In this document: positions 1-13,700 of the stretch, piece by piece
How positions within the stretch are numbered: position 1 is the stretch's first letter
Layout of the letters: each line of letters opens with the position of its first letter
Assembly (NCBI GenBank): GCA_013239625.1
Contig: MU054117.1
Span: forward strand, 1,118,001 to 1,182,000
Source of the DNA: Lama guanicoe
Taxonomy: Eukaryota
Length of the DNA stretch: 64,000 nucleotides
Reading direction: 5' to 3'
Translations under genes and position numbers: made by a program
Notes under the pieces: generated by a model
The model's database searches: none
What the model saw: only the letters and a program-made list of their open reading frames with translations
Told to the model about the DNA's origin: nothing

Positions 1-1127
1 TGCTCTGGTTTGGGCTCCAGTCCAGGTGTCATGAAGGATTCTGGGAAGCCAGGCTGAGCTGAGAAAGCGCTGAGAAAGGGACCCAGTTACTGATGGGTCT
101 GAGCAGAAGTCGAGGTCCTTCCCCTGCTCCCGGGGCCCGCTTGGGACAGGTCGGCAGGCAGTGAGCTTCCGCTAGGGTGCCACCAGTCACAGAGCACGAC
201 CCAGTCCCTGCACGAGGTCGCAGGCTCAGGGATGTGGGGTTGGAGTAGGGGGCGGTTCTGGGGCTGCAGGCTACAGGCGTGGTATGTGGTGGGCCCTTGG
301 GAGGCTGCTGTCCACATACACTGCAGCCTCGAGGCCCCTGGGCCAGTGTCCCTGGAAATCCAAGCAGGAGACGTGTGAGCGGGTTACCATGGTGACGGCA
401 GCCTCCTCCAGCGGCACCCCGGGGCCTCTTGAGAGGCTCTGAAAGGAATTCTTGTGCTGTGGGTTCGGGCTCCTCCCCGTTGGCTGGAGAAGATTCACAA
501 GCCAGCAGGAGGCTGTGTGGTCTGAGGGCTGGACAGAGACCCAGGGGGTGCCTGGCTCTGCTCCACCAGGCCCCAGACCTCTGTCCCCTTGTGGTTGTGT
601 GTGTGGTGAGCTGAGTTTGTGTGAGGGTGATCAGTGGTCCCGGAGCCATGTGGTCGGGGATCCGGACAGACGGCTTTGGCGAGGGAGTGTTTCCAAGTGC
701 TGGGTCCAGATGGCAGGGCTGGTCTGACTGCACGTGAGTACCAGCAGATGGAGGCTGGACCCAACGTCTTTCTTAGGAGAGAGTTACAGAAGTGGCCCAA
801 CCTCCACGCCACTCCATCCCCACCCCCTAAATGCAGACAGGGTGGGTAGGGCCACAGGTCAGAGCGTCCAGGCGTGATCACACCCGGGGCCAGAGGGGCA
901 TGGGGGCGCTGGGTCCAGGAGCCTCTGCTCACACACACATCCTTTCTGCCCTGTGGTCCAGTGCTTCGGTGGCCCCGAGAGGGGTGTGAGCCCAGTGGTG
1001 GCTCCCAAAGACTCGGGAGGTCACGGAGACAGGCGTGGCCCGTGTGCCAGCAGGCTGGGAGGAAAGCGGAAAGGGAGGGATGCGGAGGGAGGGCTGGCCT
1101 GCTCCCCTGCCCCTCCTGCCAGGGCGC

Positions 1128-1697
<570 letters not shown>

Positions 1698-3239
1698 TCA
1701 GTCCTGGAGTCGCGTCCACGGGAGGGGAAGGGAGGGGAGACTAGCAGTTATCAGGGCAAGGGCCGCGGAAAGGAGGGACGCACATCAGGTCATTACCCCG
1801 TGTGGACGTTGCATAGGGTGGACAGTGTCCCTGTTTCCACTTTACAGAGCAGCACAAACAATTCTGTCTCACCTGTTCCCCAGAGTCAAAAGCCCCAGGT
1901 GCCCTACCCGGCCCGCAGTGCCCGGTGCTCCTTGCCCCAAATTCCTGCTGACCCTGCTGTGACAGCACAGTGTCCTGACCCCCTGAGCTCTTCCCGCTCA
2001 CACAGAGGACAGAAGTCAGGGCCTCTGCTCCTCCACGCAGGACCTTTGGTTGCCTAAGGTGCCTCCTCGGAGGACAGAGAGTAGCTGCCTCTTTAAGAGC
2101 AGGGCCGGACCCCATCAGCGGACACCCCTCCCCAGCACCTGGAGGGCAGAGGCCTCTTTGGAGGGAAGGTGAAGACCCCCACGGGTGGAGGAGGGGCCAG
2201 TGCCAACAGCACAGGCTCACCTCCAGGCCAGGCCGGACACCACCTGGTGGGGCAGGTGCAGAGCGAGCACAGGTGGGGGGGAGAAGAGCTGCCCAGACCC
2301 CCTGGAGGTCACAATTCTGGCCTCTTCCAGCAGCAGGCGCCAGCCCCCCCGCTGAAGGGACGGCTCCTGCCACTTGTCACTGCCTGCGCTGCTCCCAGCC
2401 CGGCTGCCGCAGCTCCTCACACAAAGGACATCAATCTTTCCTGGGTGTTGGGGAAAACAGCCTTGGGTTTTGGTTTTGGTTTGTTCTTCCCCCCTCCGAG
2501 GAGTGCGTTGAAAATAACTCTGCTAGTGAAAACTTCCTAAAACGTGCGCTCCCCTCCATGCCCCTTAGTCCCTGTGACCACGTGGAAGGCCAAGGACGTC
2601 CCCTGCGGATGACACACGGGCCTGGCCCTCCAGGACCCTGTGTCGCCCACTGCCTGCCGCACGGCTTATGCCGGTGAAGTGTGTGTAGGGCCCCTGTACC
2701 TGCCGGAGCTGGGTGCCGAGATGGGAAGGGCCCTTACCTTCCTGCTCCCAAAACCTGCGGTGGCTCCCGACTGCATCGCCTTGTGCAAACTACCTGACTC
2801 ATTTAACTTCTTGGCCATGCGAGTGGCCCCTCAGGCAGCTGCTCTGAGGGTTCACCCAGGCTGTGCTGTGCAGAGGGGGCTGTGGCCCGGGAGCTACACC
2901 TGCACTCACCATCGCCTCCTCACTCACAGAAATGCACACTCACCACGGAGACGAGCGCTTTACAGCGCTTCCCAGCGCCTGCTCGTTTGTAAAGTGTTTT
3001 CCATTAACTCACACATGAGACTGTCCTGCAAGTAATTAGATGGGAAACCACGCGAAGCTGAAGAAGCTGGGGGCTCTGCTGAGAGCACTGGCGTCCTTTT
3101 CACATCGATCCATTCGTTCAGCAAATACTCAGGGAATGCCTGCTTGGGGCTGGGCACCAAATGATGTCTAATTAAGCCCGGTTGGTGTCATGAGAACAGC
3201 CCACAAGCAAGCGTGCATGTCAGTTTTACCGGGGGCTGA

Positions 3240-3430
3240 CTTCATGCTGAGTACCTTTCCGGACACTTGCCGTGCATAACCAACTTATCTGCATGATAAT
3301 TCTCTGAGATACTCTTTTTCGCCCCATTTCACTGATGAGGGCACAGCCACAGAGAGGCTGATTGACTTCTCAAGATCACACAGCTAGTAAGTGGCAGAGC
3401 CACGAGGCCAACCCAGATGTGGTGCTTTTG
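3240..3430 (-). mobile_element. MIR SINE
   Basis: CCCCATTTCACTGATGAGG...AAGATCACACAGCTAGTAAGTGGCAGAGC core. Confidence 0.7.
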
Positions 3431-3796
3431 CCCCATGGGCTCACTCCTTGCCCTCCTTGTCCGTTTCACGGAATCATTTCAGGGGTCATCTTAGGACTCT
3501 CCCGGGTTAGTGAAAGGAGGAAGGGAAAGAAATGGAAGCCACAGGCATTTGGCTTCTCAGTAAAAGCTTTGATAACAATGCTTCTTGGCAGAAGGAATTG
3601 AGATCATCAAAATCTGGTTTCACCTGTGGATTTCAATTCTGTCCCCCACCGCCCGAGACTGGGTATGTTGGGGGCTGCGTTATTCAGAGGGCAGGGGTGG
3701 TCTTATTGCTCCTCCTCCGGTGCCAGGGAAGCCCAGAGGTGGAGGAAAGTTCGTTTCTGTGTGGTCACTGTGTGTTCAGGTCCATCATGAGACCTA

Positions 3797-5362
<1,566 letters not shown>

Positions 5363-6845
5363 TCACCCCAGAGACCGCTGTGGAAATGGCGAGGGGGAGG
5401 TGCCGGAGGTGCCCAGCTCCGCTTCCACGTGGAGAACACGGAGACACAAGCCACACGAGTCGTGGCTGGGGACAAGCCCCATATCTGTTCTCACTCTGAA
5501 CCTGCCCTGCCCCTTGGACTGGGCTCCCGTTCCCACTTCCTGCAGGACTGGCCTGTTTTGTCCCATGGGACCCCTCTGAGGAGCAAGCCTGGGGCTGCAG
5601 TGGGCGAGCGAGGAGGCGCTCAGAGAGCAGTCCCCGCAGAGGAGCTCGCCTCGTGGTCCCCCCCTTCTCAGAGACCACAGAGCGCCCGTGGCTGTCCTGG
5701 TGTCACTGTGGAAGGGGAGGGAGGAGCCCACCCATCCCAGAGGAAGCTCGGGCCACTTGGCTCCACCCAGAGGGGCAGGTGCCTGGAAGGGACAGCCCTG
5801 GGTCTGTCCGGCATGGGGTCTGGTGTCTGGTTCCCAAAGGACAGGGCCTGGAGGAACAGCTGGGACCACGTCCCCTTCCTGGAGGACTGGTGACACCTGA
5901 GAGGCACCCCGCAAGGCTGACACCTGAGCTCCTTTGTTCTCAAGGGGAAATGAGCACAGGGGTGGCTGTGGATGCCAACTGGAGGCCCTTCCGGCTTCCG
6001 GCCACCTGGGGTCACCTGCTGGACCGCTGATCCTCTTACCCCCTAAGCTGTCTGGGCCAGGTCAACCTGCTTGCACAACCTCTGCCCTGCGACCCCCGCG
6101 CCATTCACAAGTCAACATTCTTCAGACCTCACTTTCCCCAGAAAGACATTCAACCCATTCAGCCTCCCTATCAAAAGGATTGAGGTAACTAGAGGCCACT
6201 GTCCCCTCACTTCCCCCGAGGATCGCGGGTTGGCGTAAACGCTCTGGTGACAAGAAAGCATAACTGTTCTGTGAGGCTTTCAGTGATGCTAGGGGCAGGT
6301 TGAAAGAGGAGCCAGGTGGCCGGGGACCAGCTGCTCCACACGGTGAATAATTCAGGCAGCCGACCAGGCTAGGGGAGAGGTCAGGTGGAGGAACGTCCCT
6401 CGGGAGTGTCCCTCTCTCTCATCATGTGGCCCCAGGCAGACCTTGGCCCCTCCACTTTGTATTTTGTGAGACATCTCGGGGCTCCCTTCACCCAGACGAC
6501 TTGCAGGAAGTGGACATCCTCTGTCTCCCCATGTGCATGGGGAGGGGTTGGACCCGATAGGTCCCTGGGGTCCCTTCCAGCACTGCATCCCCAAGCCCAC
6601 GCGGTCCCTCTGTCTCAGAGTGGGGGAGACTGATCCATGAGGGGCAGGACGTGCTGGGGCTGCAGGGCAGGAGCAGACCTACCTGGGGACACAGAGCTGC
6701 CTGTGGGGCCTCTGGCTCCCGGCCTGCCCCTTCCCCAGGTACCACCTGCAGGACTGCTGGGGCTGAGCCCTGCTTCCCAGAACCAGGCCATGGACACCAG
6801 GAGCATCACCCCCGCTTGCCCCGCCGCCCAACCCGCCGCACTCAC

Positions 6846-6912
6846 AGGAGATCTGCCTCCACTGCAGGGCGAGCCGGGTCCTCCGCTCAGGGCCGCTGCC
6901 CGGGGCCAGCAT
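6846..6912 (-). CDS. LRTM2: LRTM2 first coding segment (MLAPGSGPERRTRLALQWRQIS)
   Basis: GCCACCATG Kozak at 6912 and donor TCCT|gtgag. 67+591+455=1113 nt, i.e. 370 aa plus stop. The exon probably begins at 6988 (acceptor tctctccctctctcccag|). Confidence 0.92.
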
Positions 6913-7394
6913 GGTGGCTGCAGGCTCGCAGGCTCGCAGTCCCCGCACCTCTGGGGACAGAGGAGCCCCTCGGACCGATGGGTCAGTCCTGGGAGAGAGG
7001 GAGAGACAGCTGAGCAGAAGCAGGCGTCCAAGGCCCAGTCCAGCTCAGGCTCAGGGCGGGGGCCTGGTGTCTCTTTACAGCCCTCTCCGGTTCTTCTCAG
7101 CTATGATTCCCTGGGTGCGGGGAGAAGGGGAGGAGGGGGCCGAGAAGCCAGGGACCCGCGGTGTCCCTCAGTGACTGGGGATGCATGGAGGTAAGCGGGC
7201 ATCCCAGGAGCCCTCAGGCAGGACAGGGCGCTGAGCTCTGGGCTGGGCAATGCAGTCACTGTCCCCCCCCCAGCCTTTCTCTGCCTCTTCTTGTCTCCCT
7301 GGTCCATCTCTTAAGTGTGTCTGGTCTTCCCCCACGTCCCAGGTGCGGAAATTGAGGGCCATCTCTGCAGGCTCCCAGCCCACTGTTCCCTTAC

Positions 7395-7582
7395 CATGGC
7401 CCCCGAGGAGGAGTCAGAGACCAGGCCGTGCATGGGGGCAGCCGTCGGGGGGCAGGTGAGGCCCAGGTCCTGCTCTGGCCTCCGGGCGGCCCCCTGCGTC
7501 CCCACCACGGTTCCCTGGGAGGTGAGCAGTCGAGCTCCGTCTTCCACCTGCAGATCTGTGAACCGCATCAGCTCAGGGGCTC
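7395..7582 (-). other. LRTM2: Predicted LRTM2 non-coding 5'UTR exon
   Basis: Donor GCCATG|gtaagg at 7395/7394 and acceptor ctctgcag| at 7583/7582 with an upstream pyrimidine stretch. Inferred from splice signals only. Confidence 0.55.
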
Positions 7583-10429
7583 CTGCAGAGTCTGCCCATG
7601 GCATGAGGGAGGGGGGCAGAGCAGAGCATGAGGACGCAGGGCAGGACTGGGGAGGTCGGGGTGCACAAGGCGGTTCCTCTCCCTGCGGGGACAGGGGAGC
7701 TCCCCCTTCTCAGGTGACCTGCCCCCCAGCCCAGTGGCACAAGTCCTCCCCTGATGGCCAAGGGCCCCATCACAGGGGTGGGAATGGGGACCGCGGGCTG
7801 CCCTGCCACTGGCCCAGGGCCCAGTGGGGAAAGGACAGAGTGGGATGGAGGGGCAGCCATGGTGGCCCCTCCTGCTTCTAAGGGCACAGCAGCCTCCCTT
7901 CCTTAGCTGCCACATTGGTCCCTGGCATCTCCTGGTTGCAGCCAGCCCCCTCCCCGCTCCCCCTCCCACAGCCGGTTTAATTCTGGGAGCCCAGGAGCCA
8001 ATGGCAGAGCAGAGCGGATGCTGAGGAGGTGGGAGGAGCTGCTGGGGGCTCCCAGCTCAGCCTGGACTCTCAGCATCCAGCAGGGTTTCCCTCGGGCATG
8101 GAGGGGCCTCTCCTGTCTCCCCCCTCCACGCCCCCGCCCCTGCTTACAGCTGCTGCTGCCTCCCAGGGCTGCAGCCACCCTGCGGGCCCTCAGCTGTGCG
8201 AGCAAGGCCGCCTGCTCAGGGTGGGGGCGGGTAGGGAGGGGCTCCGCTGGGGGGCGCGCCGGGGAGGGGCTGTCTGTTGCTCTGGGCTTCACCCCTGCCC
8301 CTTTGGGGAGGCTCAGAGCCTTGAGGGGGCTGCAGAGCGAGTTGTACTGGCCACAGCGGGTAGGTGAGGGGAGCACCCAGTTCCACACGCTTTTAGGGGC
8401 GGACGAGCCGCCCAGAGCAGCCCAGGGGCCTTCTCTACCTGCCCCCAGGGTAAGGCCCCCGCAGCCTCCTGGCGGAGACGCCCAGGTCGGGGTGGGCTCT
8501 GGGCTCGAATCCCCGCCGGCTGCCCCTGCCTGTGCAACCTTCACAAATGCTGTGAAAGCTCTGGGCCTCAGTGTCCTGGTCAGTCTCTACAAGTGATGAC
8601 CGTGACACCCTGTCCTCCGTGAGATCAGTCTAATCAGGGAAGAGTAACAGTTGCCGAATTCAGGACGCCACCTTGGAAGACAGTCTAGGTCACGGCTCCA
8701 AGCCTGGGCTTGAGCCCCAGGGAGACGCAAGGAGATGGCAGTGCCCGTCCTCTGCAGGGAGGGGCAGCAGGCTGCAGCGTGACTGGGAGCCTCTCTCCTA
8801 GCCCAGCCTCACACCTCGGTCTGTCTCTGTTCCTGATCATGGGGTGCTCACACACAGCTTCAGAGACCCCCAACCCCAGGACAGCGTCCACCCTCCATGC
8901 CCTCAACCCTCCCTTCAGCAGGGACCCGCGTGTCAGGGGTTCACAGCACCCACCCGGCACCAGGCCAGTCTGCAGCCCCCAAGGCTCAGAGATGGAGACC
9001 AGCTGCCGGGGCCACACGACCGGGCAGGGACGTGACCCACTCCCTGGTGACTATCCCCCAGCAGTGTCCCCCAGGGGGGACACATATGTGCGCCGAGCAG
9101 GATGCACACACTGGCTCCCGACATAGCACGTGGTGCAGACACCCCCCCCACCTCAGGGAGCTGTGCAGCCAGGCACGTGCTGGTGCACACGCATGCGCGC
9201 ATGCGTGCGCACACACACGCTGGCAGCCCTCCAGCGCTCCTTAGATGCCGCCACTCAGGCAGTTCCCGAGAGGCCCCAGCAGACGGTGCACGGGGACACC
9301 TCCAGCCCAGAAGCGGGGTCTAGAGAAGCCCCTCGGGGGCCACCCCTGACCCAGGACCCTTTCCACACTCAGACCTGCTTGGGGCTGCACATGCAGCCCA
9401 GGCCTCTCTGCCAGCCCCTTTTCCACCCGAGCTCTCCCCACCTCTGCGTGGGCTCCCCTTCCTGCCCCCCAACCTTCCCCTGTCCTCAGTGTCACCCCCA
9501 GAGTGAGCATCAGTCTGTGGAGGAGGTGGCCTTGAGTGTGGGTCCTGGCACCCCACCCCCAGCCTCAAATGATGTCACCTGCACAAAACCAGCCAGGCCC
9601 AGAGGCATCATCTGGAGGGGGTGGCCCTGGGGTCTCTGGAGAAACATGATGAAAACAAGGCCCCCCAGGTCTGTGCTCTCTGGTCACCACGGAAGTGCCC
9701 CTTGGGGGATACGGGGCCCAGCACGTCCTAGCTCCTGGGCCCTCTGCCTCCCAGCCCACCTCCGACCCAAAGACCCCTTCCTGCCCCCAGAAGCATCGAG
9801 CCTCACTGGGAGAAGGGTGACCTACATTAGGAGGCCAGGAGAGCAGCTGCTGGCAGGCGCTGGAATAAATTAACACTGTCTGGGAGGGAAGTCCCCACTG
9901 AGGGTGGAGAATGGGGGACAGAAAAGAGTTGAGGTGGGGGGTCTGCGGTCTCTAGGCCCCACAGCCTTGAGGGCACTCCTGTCGTGTTCCCGGGGGGCAG
10001 GGACACAGAAGGACAGACCCAGTGGGTCCCCAGCCTCCACTGCTGGGCTGAGTTGGGTCAGGAGGCTGTGGAGCTAAAGGGAGCTGGGTGCCCCCCAGGA
10101 CAGACGGGTGGGCGCCGTGCTCCAGCCCACCTAGGAAGTTCCTGCACCCAGGCCTGGCCGACTGGACGCGACTCTGCTTCTTACAAGATCCCAGGCCGTT
10201 CATGTCCACAGTCAAGTTGGAGAAGCCCTGGCTGGGCCACTTCTCTCCCGTAGACCCTGGCACCTCCCAAGAGGCCAAGCCAGGGAGTGGTGGAGCCCTG
10301 GGCGGCGTGGGTAGGGGCGGATGCTGACCACATCACCTCCTGCAAGAAGACTCTGGGGAGAAACCGTTACCGTAGCCACGAACACCTGTGTCTGCCTATG
10401 GTTCTCAGTCTCCCTAAGGCCTCTCCTGG

Positions 10430-10560
10430 GTTACAAGTGCTATTAACACCATTTTGCAGATGGGGAAACTGAGGCTTGGGAAATTCATTAACTTGCCTCA
10501 TGTCAGGCAAGGGCAGAGTGCAGCCTTGGGCCTGAATGGCCTGGTGACTAACTCAGCTGC
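10430..10560 (-). mobile_element. MIR SINE
   Basis: CCATTTTGCAGATGGGGAAACTGAGGCT core. Confidence 0.7.
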
Positions 10561-12399
10561 ATTTACAGGCCTCTAGGCGCACCCTGCCCGGTCTTGCTCA
10601 CATGTAGAGGCTCCTGTGCAGGGGGGTGGGGGCTGCACCCTTCCGACTGTCCGTCCATCCGTCCGTCCAGTACTTTGCAGGCCCCCCAGCGTTTCCTGGT
10701 CCACTTTCTCACTGCAGCTCGTCCCTCCCACCGACAGGCCAGGCCCCATCCAAGCCGCCACCCTCTCCAGTGATGTCACAGATGCAGTCGGGGGTCTCCC
10801 CGGGGTGTAGGGAGGGGGTTTGTGTGCTGAGGGGAGGAGGTGGGCTGGGAGCACCAGGGAAGCCAGGGGCTTGGGAGGCAGCGGTGGGAGCAGAAGCGCC
10901 CACGAGCTCCTGCCAGTGTGAGTGGGGGTGCAGCACCCTGGAGACTCGGGGGTGGGGGCTGCTTCCTGCTGAGCGCCTGGCCTGGCCCTGCAGAGGCCCA
11001 GGTTAGGGTGGGGGCCCTGACCTCTGCATGCTTCTCCCCCACAACTCCTCCTCCAAGCAGGCTTGGCTCAGTTTCCAGCCAGAAACCTGCAGCAAAGCCA
11101 CAAGGGCCTGTTGTCCCTGCCCATCCTCTGGTACTGCTGTCATGTCCACCCCTCCAAGTCGGTGTCTGAGCCTCAGCCATTAACGTCCCCTGCGCCTTGA
11201 CCTGGGGCTCCTGACTCCTGGGACAGGGCGCTGGCCGGCTGCGTGCACCCTCCCCTGGAATCTCCTGCTGGTCAAGGGTCCCTGACCCAGGACAAGGCCA
11301 GCACCCCTTCACTCTGCAGAGAGGGGAAGGTCTCTGGCTGGTGAGAGGCAGGGCTGGGGTGGAGCCACTGCCTGGGACTTCAGGGGCGCTGTCTTCCCTC
11401 CACCCCAGCAGGGCCCAGAGGTACCGCTGAGCCCTGGGTCGGGGGACGGGGCAGGGGGGCAGGTGGGGCTGGAGTGGGTCCTGGCTGCTCCCTCCACCTG
11501 CTGCCCCACCCTGGCCTCCCATCTCTTCTCCGCTGACGCCCCCACAGCACGCTGCCCAGGCAGCACAGAGCAGGCTTTTAAAGCTCTGTATTTGTACTTG
11601 GAGCAGGCGAACCTCCTGGTTCAGTTTTAAACGCATGCCCCATCCTCGTCCCTGGCTTCCTGCAGCCTGGTTTCCTTGTCAGATGCTCCCGATGCCAGTC
11701 AGACCCCTGGGAGGCAGGACAGAAGAGCCCCTGGAGGCCCCAGGAGGGGTGCAGAGAGGCCTGGGCCCGAACTCCTCCCTCCCCTCCCCACCCCGGGGCA
11801 GCCCAGGCACCCCTGCGACCCCTCCCCGGGCCTCTCGGCGTTGGCGTCGGGGCCTGAAGTGCGGGCAGGGCTCGCTCATCCTGGCCCCAGATGCTGCTTC
11901 CAGACAAACCCCAAAGGAACCAGATCTGTCGCTCAAGAAACCTCCCCCCCACTCCCACCCCCGCCTTCTGCCACCCCCGGCTGGCTTCCCTGGTCTCCCT
12001 CTCTTGGCAGAGTGGAGCCTGTGCCGGTGGGGAGGGGGATGCGGCTGCGGGTTTCCCTCCCGGCTGGCTCCCCCGCCATCTCCACGTGCTCCGCCTGCCC
12101 CCCCCCAAGCCCATGGAGTTACCTAAGCTGCCGGGTGTCAATCTGAATCAGACCAGGCGATGCCCAACGCACTCTGACAGCCAGGTGCAGCGTCCCACCA
12201 CCCACCCCAGACAGCGGACAGCGCACAGCGCAGCTCAGGGAGAGGACAGAGGGCTCCCTGGGAGCGAGCGGGGAGGTCCAGACTCCCGGTCAGACCACCT
12301 GGGTCCTGCGGTGTCCTGCTCCAGCCTGGGGGGCCGAGCCAGCACGGCCGCTGTATACCACCCACCCCTAAGCTAAGTGCACCACCCCAAGGCTTCCTG

Positions 12400-13700
12400 A
12401 CCCCTCTGTAGGGAGAGGGGGTGTGCAGCTGGGGGACCCCCAGCCCTGGCCTGGCTCCCCACCCCCACCGGGCCTGGGCGGGCCGGGGGCCTCAGGGAAG
12501 GGCGGCAGGAAGGGCTGCGCGCCGCCTCGCCCTGGTCCGCTCCCAGCCACGCCCCTCCCAGAGGCTCCATCCCGGCCAGAGGGACTCGGGTCCAGCTGGG
12601 GAGGGCTTCTCTGCACCCCTGTCCAAGGACAGCCTCCTGAAGGCCATTACCCCAAGCTGAGGGTGTCCTGTAGCGAGGTCAGCACCCCAAGGGCCGTGCC
12701 CGCGCCTCAGACGCCAGTCCTCCAGCCTGCCACCCCCATCCCGCCGGGTCCTCTGTGCCAGCCTGTCACCAGCACCCGAGGTCCCGGGGCTGTCTGTGCC
12801 GAGCCGGGCGAGCAGGCGGCACAGGGCTCTTGGCTGGTGCTCCCCTTGCTGCAGGGACCGGTTTCCATGCCGCCGGGCCGTCATCTGGCACTGGCACTGC
12901 CTCCCCCCGCCCTTCCTCGGCAGAATCCCAGCTCCCGTCCCCAGCACCGGGAGGGCAGAGTTCGCCGTGTCCTGTGGCTGCCCAGATGTCCAGTCCTGAG
13001 CTCTGCCCCGGCCCTGGCAGTCGCCCCCGGGCAGGAGGCAACAGCAGTTGCCCGTGCAGGTGGAGAACCCGGTGAAGATGGGCCCGGTCCCCGAGCCCCC
13101 GCTCCCAGCGCCCCCCCGCCGAGCGCATAGCACTCACCTTCATCCAAACAAGCTCCTAGAATCCAGTCGCTCTGAGCCGTCCAGTGAGCCCCTCCCGGGA
13201 CTCCTGGAGAAAGCAGGCAGCTCCGTGAGCAGAGCGCGGCGGGCGGCACCGCGTCCCCGATCGCCTGCCCCCCGAGCAGGACCTGGCACGCAGCGTACCG
13301 GCGGCAGCGGGAGGAACGCCTGCGGCCGCCTCCGCCAAGGGGACGGGGCTGCTGGGTCAATGACACGCTGGGGAGGAGAGGGAGGGACGAGGGAGCCGCG
13401 GAGAGGGGAAGGCGGGGAGGGGGAGTGCGTGTGCGGAGCAGAGAGCAGGGGAGTGACAGCGGGGGAGCATCCTGATGACAGCGACAGGCGCGCACACAGG
13501 GAGGCGGGCGCACACGGCTGCGCACACACCGGAGCCGCTCTCCCGCTTCTGGGGGGAGGCACCCCTGAACTCGGGGTGGGGAGTTGTCTACCAGGTCCCT
13601 GTGACTGCGTCCCCACCTCCGAAGGCTCCCCCGCCCCTCGCTGCCGCCCTCCTGTGCTCTCTCCCTCCCCTTCCCTGTGGGGACAGAGGCCCTTGGAAAC
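12400..13700. promoter_or_regulatory. CpG-island-like region, likely LRTM2 promoter
   Basis: Visibly high CpG and GC-box density around the predicted first-exon donor; not computed. Confidence 0.55.
13138..13550 (-). other. LRTM2: Predicted LRTM2 first (non-coding) exon; start position approximate
   Basis: Consensus donor AAG|gtgagt at 13138/13137 inside a CpG-dense segment. Confidence 0.55.

Noticed and set aside
6951..6960. Acceptor ctgtccccag| at 6950 as the start of the LRTM2 ATG exon
   Set aside because: The acceptor at 6988 has a much longer pyrimidine tract. 6950 remains a possible minor alternative, and using it would remove the uORF stop.
12205..12226. REST/RE1 site near the LRTM2 promoter (GGACAGCGC)
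   Set aside because: Only one half-site matches; the TTCAGCACC half is missing. Similar half-sites near 17010 and 17503 were rejected for the same reason.
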